Origin: a virus
Lineage: Duplodnaviria > Caudoviricetes
DNA length: 54,188 nucleotides
Direction: 5' to 3' (one strand)
IMG/VR virus record: IMGVR_UViG_3300032770_000026
Coordinates: 1 to 54,188 of that record
Shown here: in pieces, positions 7,865 through 16,534 of the stretch
Position numbering within the stretch: the stretch's first letter is position 1
Layout: each line of letters starts with the position of its first letter
The notes under the pieces: generated by a model
The model's input: the letters and a program-made list of their open reading frames with translations, nothing else
The model's database searches: none
What the model was told of the DNA's origin: nothing
Made by a program: the position numbers and the translations under genes

Positions 7865-9267
7865 TCTATGAGTTTACTCCTAAACAATTAGAGGCTTTCG
7901 AGGCCTTACAATCAGAAAAATATAATTTTATTCTATATGGTGGCGCAATCCGAGGCGGAAAATCCGTTTGGGGTTTGTGTTCGTTAATTGTGTTATGTGA
8001 AATATTCCCAGGTTCCAGATGGTGTGTAGTTAGAGAAAATACAGACCGTTTAAGAACAACCACAATACCTTCGTTTCTTAAAATAAGCCCAAAAGGTAAA
8101 TTAAGACAAAATCCTTATGAATATTATCATTGGAATGGATCTACAATTCTTTTTAAAGGTGAAAACATTCAAAAAGACCCTGATTTAGATTCATTCAAAG
8201 GCTTAGAAGTGAATGGATTTCTATTTGAGGAAATAAACGAATGTCAAAAGGTTACTTTATATAAAGGATTTGAGAGGGCCGGATCATGGATTATTCCAAA
8301 TGCAAAAGTAAGGCCAAATCCTATTATACTTGCAACGTGTAATCCTACGAACGGTTGGGTTAAAGATTTGATTTATATTCCTTGGAGAAAAGGGGAATTA
8401 CCGGATAAGTGGATTTATATACCTGCTTTGATAACTGATAATCCACATATTCCACCCGAATATATTGAGAACTTAAAAAACTTGCCACGTTATGAATATG
8501 AAGTTTTTGTGGAAGGCAGTTGGGATGTTCAATTAAAAACCGGAGGTGAATTCTTAAAGGGATTTGAACCTGAAACACATATTAGACCATTAAAGTATGA
8601 TCCTGATTCAATTATTCATATCTCAATAGATTCAAACGTCGATCCTTATATTGCTGTGACTTGCTGGCAGCTTATAAAAGTGAATGATATTTGGGAAATA
8701 AGACAAATTCATGAACTTCCTGCAAGTGATCCATATAATACAGCCCGTAAAGCAGGGGATCAAGTTGGGTGGTGGCTTAGGCAAATAGGTTATAATCAAC
8801 GGGTGTTTATGAACGGCGACCGATCAACGAAAAATCGCAATAATATTGATGATGACAAACGTTCTTTTTATCAAATATTTGTTGATTCAATTAAAAGGCA
8901 GGGATTTGCAATTGAAGATAAGTTTTTGGACCATGCCCCTTCAGTATCACTCATAGGCGACTTTGTGAATGCAATATTTGATGGTACACTTAAATTTGCA
9001 AAGATTATAATTAACGAAAGTTGCAAGAAATCTATTAATGATTATATTGAAACTAAACAGGATAAGGACGGAAGTATACTTAAAAAGTTAGTTGTAAATC
9101 CAAAGACTAAAGTTAGTTACCAGGAGCACGGACACCTCACGGACACATTAAAGGATTTTATTGTACAGGCTTTTTATGAAGAGTTTACGCAGTTTGTAGA
9201 GAGGTTTAAAAAGCTTAAACCCGGCGGGACCAAAATCATCCCTCAAAGATCAAAGATTACGTTTTAA
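7861..9267 (+). CDS. terL: Terminase large subunit
   Basis: Walker A GGAIRGGKS, Walker B FLFEE, TCNP coupling motif, DNP, RNase H-type IDSN and HLTDT. Confidence 0.93.
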   Translation: MIYEFTPKQLEAFEALQSEKYNFILYGGAIRGGKSVWGLCSLIVLCEIFPGSRWCVVRENTDRLRTTTIPSFLKISPKGKLRQNPYEYYHWNGSTILFKGENIQKDPDLDSFKGLEVNGFLFEEINECQKVTLYKGFERAGSWIIPNAKVRPNPIILATCNPTNGWVKDLIYIPWRKGELPDKWIYIPALITDNPHIPPEYIENLKNLPRYEYEVFVEGSWDVQLKTGGEFLKGFEPETHIRPLKYDPDSIIHISIDSNVDPYIAVTCWQLIKVNDIWEIRQIHELPASDPYNTARKAGDQVGWWLRQIGYNQRVFMNGDRSTKNRNNIDDDKRSFYQIFVDSIKRQGFAIEDKFLDHAPSVSLIGDFVNAIFDGTLKFAKIIINESCKKSINDYIETKQDKDGSILKKLVVNPKTKVSYQEHGHLTDTLKDFIVQAFYEEFTQFVERFKKLKPGGTKIIPQRSKITF

Positions 9268-9462
9268 GAAAGCTTGTGAATATCGTTTTTGTTTTTCAAT
9301 CTTATTTATTCTGCTTACAATAACTTTATCAGAAATATATAAATCAGTTTTGCGCAAATAACTTGTAATTGTATGATAATTAAATCCTGACACTTTTGAT
9401 AATGCCTTTATTCCGGTTGCTGCAAAACTTAATTTTGTATCTAAATCTATCAGTATATACAT
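9250..9462 (-). CDS. Small hypothetical protein, possible HTH
   Basis: Reverse ORF with IKALSKVSGFNYHTITSYL. Confidence 0.4.
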   Translation of the reverse strand: MYILIDLDTKLSFAATGIKALSKVSGFNYHTITSYLRKTDLYISDKVIVSRINKIEKQKRYSQAFLKRNL

Positions 9463-9491
9463 TGTACTTGTCAAGATGGATGTATTTTACA

Positions 9492-9539
9492 TGACATACA
9501 AATGTATGCAATTTAACTAACTTTTACAACCTATTTTTG
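9492..9539 (+). promoter_or_regulatory. Late promoter 1: palindromic box plus -7 box
   Basis: TGACATACAAATGTATGCAAT at 9492; TATTTTTG at 9532. Confidence 0.75.
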
Positions 9540-9554
9540 TATAAAGTTTTAACA

Positions 9555-10625
9555 ATGGCAATTACCAAAGATCAGCTTACGCAGCTTAATTTTGGGTATC
9601 TTACAGGGCAAGACTTAGTACAGTTTTGTCCGACTCAGCTTCTTACCTCAATATACGAAAAATATCCTGCTCTTTTGCAAGCTGGCGTAGATATGGCCTT
9701 AGATGAACTCAAGGGTGCTTTGTGTAATCGTTACGATATTGATTCGGAAATTTACAACGCAAATCAATCATTTAAAAATCAAACAGGCGAAATAACTATT
9801 TCGATTGCAGCCGGGACCTACGTAAGCCGAATTTATTTCAATTGGATAGACCAGCTTCAAATAATCTTGCAAGATGCTGCAAACAACGGTATGCAAATGC
9901 CAAGAGATAATTCTCCGACTATTACAATCGGTACAACATTAGACGGCGAAGAAATAATGCCTTCTCAGCAAATCAATGAAGGATCGGTTATATGGATTAA
10001 TAAAATATTCACATCAGCAACGACTTTATATTTAAACATCGTAGGAGGTAATGTCGATATTGATTTATCGGCCAACAGTGGAGTTATTACTCCGCCTATA
10101 ACTGTTGTTGAGTTACTCAACCAAACAGGTGCTTTTACTTTAGTCTTACCGGCTAATACTTATGTTTATCAAATATTTGCCAACATTCTTTTAAGTACGC
10201 CTTCGATAAAGATAGGCACAACAGCCGGGGCAAATGATGTGGCACATTTAACCCTTGTTGCTAATGCTACTTTAACACTTTTAACTCAATATTTTACCAA
10301 TGCAACAACTTTGTATTTTACCGTTACAAGTGGGTCTGTGAATTTAAGACTAGACGAAGGCTTAAACTTTGTCGCCCCAACTCCGATTGTCTCAACAAGC
10401 AAACGAGATAACTATTTTGTTAAAGTGGCTGCTTTATATTCAATCAGAAATATTCTTGGTTCAACGGCTGCGGACAATAAAAAACTCTTATCTGATTTCG
10501 AATGGGCAATGACGCAGGTCGATTTAGTTTTAGACCGACTTAGAAGTTTTAAAATAAGAACAGCGCCTTCTCCTTTAAGAAGTAGTAACGAATTAGTTAA
10601 ATCATCATTTAGAACACTAGGATAA
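9555..10625 (+). CDS. Head-tail adaptor (Mu gp36/DUF1320-like) with a large internal two-domain insertion
   Basis: ELKGALCNRYD N-terminal part and KRDNYFVKVAA...FEWAM C-terminal part flank two beta-rich repeats; lies between terL and portal. Confidence 0.55.
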   Translation: MAITKDQLTQLNFGYLTGQDLVQFCPTQLLTSIYEKYPALLQAGVDMALDELKGALCNRYDIDSEIYNANQSFKNQTGEITISIAAGTYVSRIYFNWIDQLQIILQDAANNGMQMPRDNSPTITIGTTLDGEEIMPSQQINEGSVIWINKIFTSATTLYLNIVGGNVDIDLSANSGVITPPITVVELLNQTGAFTLVLPANTYVYQIFANILLSTPSIKIGTTAGANDVAHLTLVANATLTLLTQYFTNATTLYFTVTSGSVNLRLDEGLNFVAPTPIVSTSKRDNYFVKVAALYSIRNILGSTAADNKKLLSDFEWAMTQVDLVLDRLRSFKIRTAPSPLRSSNELVKSSFRTLG

Positions 10626-12083
10626 ATGCCAGCATCACAAGCACGGAAAGCAGCAAGAGCACATTTACAAGCTGAATGGCAAGCAAAATTAGCCATCGGA
10701 GGCGGAGGCTATGGACAAGGCAATAAAGTTTCAAAGCCTGCTACGGGTACTCAACCCGGAGTTAATCCGTTTATTATTCCTAAGCAATCTGGTCTTAACT
10801 ACACAACCCAGATGTTCCCAAACAACTATTATGTTGAATGGGATTTATCATCTTGGAGGGCAGCTTGCGACCAAGCTATTAAAATGGGATTTCCGGTTAG
10901 TTACGCTGCTTTAACGAGTTGGGTTTACGAGTGTAGCCCTTTCGTGCAATCTTTATTCAATGCTTTAGGCTATGGATTAACTGAGATTCCTGTTTATGTA
11001 ACAGATATGAAGGGTAATAAGATGACCGATATCACAACAGAAGTTTGTGATAAAAAATGGTTCATGGAATTACGTAAGGAGATTTTATTCTCAAGATTTT
11101 GGGGGTTTACCGGAATAAACTTCGATCCAATAAATAATAAGGTTTACAAATATCCAATGCAACAGATTGACCCTATCAATAGACTTTTAAGGCAATCAAC
11201 GTATAATTTTTCCGATGGTATAGACTTTTTTAAAACACCCAATCTTTTATTTGTTCAGCCTTCGACTAATTATGAAGAGTTTCTCGGATGGATGCAGCCT
11301 ATAACCAGGATGTTTATTCAGCAAAATATGAATTCAATGAACTGGATTCAGGCTGGAAGAAGATTAGCGTTTCCACTTCTTTCCGTTCAATACCCTGCAA
11401 GCGATAACGCTATTGATTCTGTAAATAATCTTATAAATGATTATCGGGCTGAGGCTGAAAATTATGTTGCTAATCTTGATCCTTCTAAAGCCCTTATTAC
11501 GCCTTACGTTATTGATCAAAATGGAAAAGTTCAGAGTGCGTTAGTTATTGATTCAAAAGACACTACCGCAAAAGCCGGGATGCATAAAATTTATCAGGAA
11601 TTCAATTCAGACGGTAAAAATGAAGTAAGAGAAATGATCCTCGGTGGAACCTTAACCGGGAATATTGGAGAATCTGGTGGATCTTACAATGCTGCCAAAG
11701 TCCACATGGGTAAACTTACTACTGTTATTACTGCATTAAATAATGAGGTGCTTTCAGTGTTTAATGATGAATCAGATTTTGCCCATAAATTACCTTTGTT
11801 TTATAAGGGATTTCCGAAAGAGTTTAAGTTTGACATTAATAGGACTAAGGAATTTGACATAACCGAAATCGAAAAACTTTCAAAGGCTGCTAGTGAAAAT
11901 AAATTACAACTGACTACTAAATTTTTTATCAAATATGGATTAGATGAAGAAGATATTCAAGAGGCTCCTAATCCTGCGCCAACAGGAGGTAGTTTTGACG
12001 ATGACGATACCGAAATGTCCGTTCAAATCGCCAAGCCTAAACGGTCTGTATTCGATACATTAAAAAAAAAAGAACTATACTGA
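10626..12083 (+). CDS. Portal protein (Mu gp29/DUF935-like)
   Basis: MILGGTLT...GGSYNAAKVH motif, size 485 aa, position. Confidence 0.85.
   Translation: MPASQARKAARAHLQAEWQAKLAIGGGGYGQGNKVSKPATGTQPGVNPFIIPKQSGLNYTTQMFPNNYYVEWDLSSWRAACDQAIKMGFPVSYAALTSWVYECSPFVQSLFNALGYGLTEIPVYVTDMKGNKMTDITTEVCDKKWFMELRKEILFSRFWGFTGINFDPINNKVYKYPMQQIDPINRLLRQSTYNFSDGIDFFKTPNLLFVQPSTNYEEFLGWMQPITRMFIQQNMNSMNWIQAGRRLAFPLLSVQYPASDNAIDSVNNLINDYRAEAENYVANLDPSKALITPYVIDQNGKVQSALVIDSKDTTAKAGMHKIYQEFNSDGKNEVREMILGGTLTGNIGESGGSYNAAKVHMGKLTTVITALNNEVLSVFNDESDFAHKLPLFYKGFPKEFKFDINRTKEFDITEIEKLSKAASENKLQLTTKFFIKYGLDEEDIQEAPNPAPTGGSFDDDDTEMSVQIAKPKRSVFDTLKKKELY
12062..12072 (+). other. Candidate -1 frameshift/slippage site (A10G) linking portal to MuF
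   Basis: The MuF frame is open from 12041, has no ATG until 12203 and spans the A run. Confidence 0.55.
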
Positions 12084-12202
12084 TTGGTAGAGAATACGTT
12101 CATTTAAAAGTTAAGCCCAAACAAATAATAGCTCAACCTCTCAAGGTAAACAAAATAGAATTTGTTTATCGTAACCCGGCTAAAACCGTTATAGATAAGG
12201 AT

Positions 12203-13591
12203 ATGTATAAGGCTTATAATCATGCCTTTTATAGTGAACTCATAAATAATACTTCAATTAAGACAACTTACGAAGCCTTCGGGGACACAGCTTGGCATGA
12301 GCGATATATGCTTAATGCTTATCAATTTTCAGCCGCCAAAGATTTAAGCGAAACCAAAGCTTTGCAAGAATTAGTTTTTCAATCAGAGGGATTTAAGGAT
12401 TTCAAAGAAAAAGCAAGCGAGATAAGCGATATATTTAATGATCAGTGGCTCCGGGTTGAGATGGATGTCTGCAAGCGTAATACTGTTATGGCCGAATCAT
12501 TTAGAAAAATAGAAGAAACGAAGGATTTATATCCTTACTGGATTTATAAAACGGAAAATGATGATAGGGTAAGGGATGAACATGCTGCTTTAGAAGGTAT
12601 CGTTTTTAGGGTTGGCGATCCTGAAGGAGATAATGTCTATCCTCAAAATGATTGGAATTGTAGATGTCATGGTGAACCTGTTGACGATCAATATTTGAAA
12701 GAAGAAAATAAACAAGTTTCAAAAGGAGAAGATTATCTTAATGAAAAAGATCCAGAATCAGGGAAGCCCTATGTTAATGAAAATTTTAGATTTAATCAAT
12801 TTCATCAAGGCGCAATGCCAAATAATAGCAGTTATTCAGAAGTTTTAAGTAGTGCGAATAAAGGGAATGCCGAATTATTTGATATGCCTGCAATTCCCGA
12901 ATTAGGTAAAATGGAGGAATTGTTAACTACTCCAATAGACATGAGTAAAATCAACAATTATGAGCTATATGATATTGACGGAGACGTAGGAAAATCAAGG
13001 AAAGGAATATCACTTTTTAATAGGATTTCTAATAAAGATTTTGTATCTTTAGGTGGAGATACTCCTGATTCTGACCTAATTATAAAGAAAATTGAAACAG
13101 GAACAATGTCTCAAAATGACCTTCGTATTGCTATTAAAACAGATAAATACGAAAGTCTTGTAACAGTTTCTAAATATGGCAATAACTTAAGTTTTGACAT
13201 TGACCATGTTGATGTTTTTGAAACAGGATCAGGATTAGGCGCTAAAATGTTTGCTAATATGTTGGACGCTGCTGAAAAAAATGGGTTTGAGAATATAGAA
13301 TTAAGGGCAGCGAAAGGAATCCATGACGGCAAAACTTATAACGGGTATTATACTTGGGCTCGTTTTGGGTTTGAGTTAAGAAATGATCAACAAAAAGTCT
13401 ATTTTCTTAACCTGGTAAAGACAAAAGGAGAAACAGCAACCATAAGGAATGCTAAAACGCTTCAAGAGTTAATGAGAACTAAAGAAGGCCAGATATTTTG
13501 GAAAGAAAACGGGTTTGATTACCTGGGTTCTTTTAACATAAAGAAAGACAAAAATTACTTTTTAGACTATTATAACCATAAATTTAAATAA
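12203..13591 (+). CDS. MuF (SPP1 gp7-like) minor head protein with GNAT-like C-terminal extension
   Basis: YKTENDDRVRDEH, PQNDWNCRC; C-terminal GSGLG...GYYTWARFGF. Confidence 0.85.
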   Translation: MYKAYNHAFYSELINNTSIKTTYEAFGDTAWHERYMLNAYQFSAAKDLSETKALQELVFQSEGFKDFKEKASEISDIFNDQWLRVEMDVCKRNTVMAESFRKIEETKDLYPYWIYKTENDDRVRDEHAALEGIVFRVGDPEGDNVYPQNDWNCRCHGEPVDDQYLKEENKQVSKGEDYLNEKDPESGKPYVNENFRFNQFHQGAMPNNSSYSEVLSSANKGNAELFDMPAIPELGKMEELLTTPIDMSKINNYELYDIDGDVGKSRKGISLFNRISNKDFVSLGGDTPDSDLIIKKIETGTMSQNDLRIAIKTDKYESLVTVSKYGNNLSFDIDHVDVFETGSGLGAKMFANMLDAAEKNGFENIELRAAKGIHDGKTYNGYYTWARFGFELRNDQQKVYFLNLVKTKGETATIRNAKTLQELMRTKEGQIFWKENGFDYLGSFNIKKDKNYFLDYYNHKFK

Positions 13592-13732
13592 ATGGATATT
13601 CCGACTTTTGAAGAAAATAATCATCTTTGGATTGAGGAAGGGTATAAACGAAGTAAAGAATTAGGGGATGCTCGAAAAAAGGATATTGAGCAAAAAAAAG
13701 TCCCTGAAATACCCCTTGAGGAGGTAGAATAG
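13592..13732 (+). CDS. 46-aa acidic protein, candidate immunity protein
   Basis: MDIPTFEENNHLW...EEVE, starts immediately after the MuF stop (TAAATG); below the ORF-track cutoff. Confidence 0.5.
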   Translation: MDIPTFEENNHLWIEEGYKRSKELGDARKKDIEQKKVPEIPLEEVE

Positions 13733-13972
13733 ACAAGACTTTAAAGAGGCTATATCCCTTTATACGCTTGTGGATAAAACTTTATGCACAAATGCCCATG
13801 AAGGTAAAAAATAACACCTTCTCCAGAAGCATAAGTATTTGATTGCTAATAATATATAAAACAAGGGTAAAAATGATTTTATTAAATACATCAAAAATAC
13901 TTAACATATTGATTATCAGCATCTCTAGTTTAGGAATAAATTATATAAGTTACGTAACTTTATGAAGGGATT
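13727..13972 (+). repeat. Non-coding module, copy 1 (inverted relative to 32858-33102)
   Basis: 13886-13972 is 82/87 identical to the reverse complement of 32858-32944; weaker colinear similarity over the rest. Confidence 0.9.
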
Positions 13973-14354
13973 AAATGATACTAAACCAAAGATGCAGGAA
14001 TTGCTTGTCTTGGTTGACGAATGGCAAAGAACATATCATTTCGACAAGGGAATTATAGTTTTTCAGAACAAAGAAAATTTAACTAACATCCGATTCAACA
14101 ACAATAGTTTTCACGAAATAGCAAAGCATACCAGGGGGGTTGAAAATTTACCTGAAGCTTTGATGCGGCCCGACGAGATTTGGAGCTATTGGGATGATCC
14201 AAAGAAACAATTAAGCGTAAGACGTAATTACATATTGTTAGGAAGTAATGGCAACTATGTTGTTAAAACTAAGGATGGCATAGTAATAAATGCTATATTT
14301 GTAGTTGATAGTTTGATAGATAGATTCAGAAAAGGGCTTTTAATTATAAGATGA
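13962..14354 (+). CDS. Stand-alone PBECR2-like (BECR fold) nuclease domain
   Basis: LPEALMRPDEIW...RRNYI...RKGLLI resembles MuF-associated PBECR2 domains. Confidence 0.6.
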   Translation: MKGLNDTKPKMQELLVLVDEWQRTYHFDKGIIVFQNKENLTNIRFNNNSFHEIAKHTRGVENLPEALMRPDEIWSYWDDPKKQLSVRRNYILLGSNGNYVVKTKDGIVINAIFVVDSLIDRFRKGLLIIR

Positions 14355-14947
14355 AAACAATAACTGATCTTTTACGCGACATAACGACCAAATATTCTGA
14401 AATGCAGAAGTTAAAACAGAATATGCCTCGTATTATTGGTGTTGAATCGGTTAAGGTATTAAAAGAGAACTTTAAAAAACAAGGTTACGATTCTGGCACA
14501 GGCTTTACAGCATGGAAGAAACGCAGCAAAGCAACTGATACGGCTTATGATTATAACAGAACTTCCAGCTACAGGACGCCAAAGCTTCACAAAAAATCAA
14601 AATACAAAAATCCCTATAAGGGATCGGTTGTTTCTTCAAAACGTCCTATCATGGTTCAAACTGGAAACACAAGGGACGCGCTTAATTTCCAAGCAAACGG
14701 GAATAAAACAATTATTGGGATATTTCCAAGAATTGTGATGATAGGAGGTAAATCTCATGATGCTTTTGCTCATGCTAAGATATTAAATGAAGGTGGGACG
14801 GGGACATGGGGAAGGCATTCTACTAAAATACCTAAGAGACAGTTTATGCCGCGCCCTCAAGATCCACCCAATCAGGCAATCTTAAATCAAGTAAAGAAGA
14901 AATATTTTTTTGAATTGGATAAATTTATGGCTGATTGGAAAAAATAA
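14351..14947 (+). CDS. Virion morphogenesis/tail completion protein (Mu gpG, P2 gpS-like)
   Basis: ENFKKQG..WKKR, AKILNEGG, IPKRQFM. Confidence 0.8.
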   Translation: MKTITDLLRDITTKYSEMQKLKQNMPRIIGVESVKVLKENFKKQGYDSGTGFTAWKKRSKATDTAYDYNRTSSYRTPKLHKKSKYKNPYKGSVVSSKRPIMVQTGNTRDALNFQANGNKTIIGIFPRIVMIGGKSHDAFAHAKILNEGGTGTWGRHSTKIPKRQFMPRPQDPPNQAILNQVKKKYFFELDKFMADWKK

Positions 14948-14953
14948 AATATT

Positions 14954-15124
14954 ATGACAGAACTTGAAATACAAAAACGATTACGCAAACAAGATGTTTG
15001 GATTGATTGTAATCAATGCCAAGGAACAGGATATGTTTATAAATGTGAATGTTCAGAATGTAAGGGCACTGGTAAAGTAAGGAAACCTCAGCCTCACAGA
15101 AACTTTAAAAAAGTATTATTATGA
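14954..15124 (+). CDS. 56-aa protein with DnaJ-type zinc finger
   Basis: CNQCQGTG and CSECKGTG motifs; not in ORF track. Confidence 0.6.
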   Translation: MTELEIQKRLRKQDVWIDCNQCQGTGYVYKCECSECKGTGKVRKPQPHRNFKKVLL

Positions 15125-15288
15125 AAGACGAGGAATTATTAAAAGATTTATTTAATACTTTGACTGACTTTAAAGAAAATGGAACATTTTTTATATCTGC
15201 AATTGAATTAGATATGTTCTATGATGGTGAGGAATTTGAAAAAAAATTAGATAAATTACTTGAAAGAATTAAAAAAGAAATATTATGA
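15121..15288 (+). CDS. 55-aa hypothetical protein
   Basis: ATGA overlaps at both ends. Confidence 0.5.
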   Translation: MKDEELLKDLFNTLTDFKENGTFFISAIELDMFYDGEEFEKKLDKLLERIKKEIL

Positions 15289-15824
15289 AAATTACCGGAG
15301 CTATCATAAACGCACTTATGAAGGAATTAAAATATTTATTCTTTGACCGTGAAGGAACTGTGATTCTTGACACTGAATTAAAAGACGATATGTCTTATAA
15401 TTTTCCTTTGTGCATACTTGAAATTCCCGAAGCCGGAGAATCGGCAAGATTGCCAGGCAACGGCGTAACCCGTTTAGACTATGACTTTGCATTAAGAGTT
15501 TATAATTATGAACCAAACGCTTATAATGAAGATGACGATAGTTATTCAGTTACTCTTTTGGATATAATCGACATTGTACGAGTTCATTTTGAAAATGAAA
15601 CATGGATAACTCAAGAGATGATAAATCTTACCACAAATTATGCGTTCAGGTTAACTTTTGGAGGCATAAACAGAGTTGAACCATTGCAGGATGAAGAAAA
15701 ACTTATCATGGGATATAGATTAACATTTAACACAATAGCAGTTGACCAAGAGACAGATTCAACAACTGATATGACAGTAACAGCAGCAACAGAAACAGGA
15801 ACGATAGTATTTAAAGATAATTAA
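15285..15824 (+). CDS. Tail terminator/neck protein (Mu gp37-like)
   Basis: FPLCILEI, LLDIIDIV motifs; size and position. Confidence 0.55.
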   Translation: MKITGAIINALMKELKYLFFDREGTVILDTELKDDMSYNFPLCILEIPEAGESARLPGNGVTRLDYDFALRVYNYEPNAYNEDDDSYSVTLLDIIDIVRVHFENETWITQEMINLTTNYAFRLTFGGINRVEPLQDEEKLIMGYRLTFNTIAVDQETDSTTDMTVTAATETGTIVFKDN

Positions 15825-15929
15825 AATATCATTCGTGAAATTTGGTCAAAAAGAATCATACTTTTAATTATCAATAAAACGATTGATAAAATAACAATAA
15901 AGATTAAAACTGAAAAGAATATATCTGGG

Positions 15930-16148
15930 TTAATTTTCATTGCATAAAATATCATCAGTTTTTACTCCAAAGAATTTAGCAAGTCTCTCAAGGGTTACAA
16001 CTGTTTGTCCATTATGTTTGCCATCATATCGGCCTTTCTCTATGTGTTCTATTGTCCCCTTACTTACGTCAATCTCAAGGGCTAATCCGAATTGACTTAG
16101 TTTTTTACTCGTTCTTAATTCTCTAATCTTTTTACCGTTTATAGGCAT
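15930..16148 (-). CDS. XRE-family HTH transcriptional regulator
   Basis: IRELRTSKKLSQFGLA..IDVSKGTIEHIEKG. Confidence 0.9.
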   Translation of the reverse strand: MPINGKKIRELRTSKKLSQFGLALEIDVSKGTIEHIEKGRYDGKHNGQTVVTLERLAKFFGVKTDDILCNEN

Positions 16149-16149
16149 A

Positions 16150-16446
16150 TTAACTACGATTTAAACCTTGTGCTGGGGTTGAATAATAGGACATTCTCAA
16201 TAAATCATTAATATTTATTTGCTTACCTTTTGCTTTAACACATTTATTATAATGGTTAATGTAAGTATTATCAACAACCATAAGGGATGTTTTAGTCTTA
16301 GGCACTACATGATAGCGTTTGCCTGTTAGCTTGTGAAGTCTGTTGGCCTTGCGTTTAGCGTACCAAAAGGAAATGTAGTTGTGAATTGTGTTGTACTCAA
16401 AAATGATCCAGGTTTTAAATTGTTTCATAAAAATTTGGTTTGACAT
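16150..16446 (-). CDS. Hypothetical protein
   Basis: ORF coupled to the HTH gene; its first ATG lies in the late palindrome. Confidence 0.6.
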   Translation of the reverse strand: MSNQIFMKQFKTWIIFEYNTIHNYISFWYAKRKANRLHKLTGKRYHVVPKTKTSLMVVDNTYINHYNKCVKAKGKQININDLLRMSYYSTPAQGLNRS

Positions 16447-16488
16447 ACAAATGTATGCAATGAAATAGTTTAATGTATCATAATTTTG
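16441..16488 (+). promoter_or_regulatory. Late promoter 2: palindromic box plus -7 box
   Basis: TGACATACAAATGTATGCAAT at 16441; TAATTTTG at 16481. Confidence 0.8.
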
Positions 16489-16534
16489 CTGTAATTATTA
16501 ACAATAATTTGTTGATTAATAACAATACAGTATC

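Noticed and set aside
13947-13960. Protelomerase (telRL) site of a linear plasmid prophage
   Set aside because: The palindrome is short and present three times, and no protelomerase-like ORF is recognisable.
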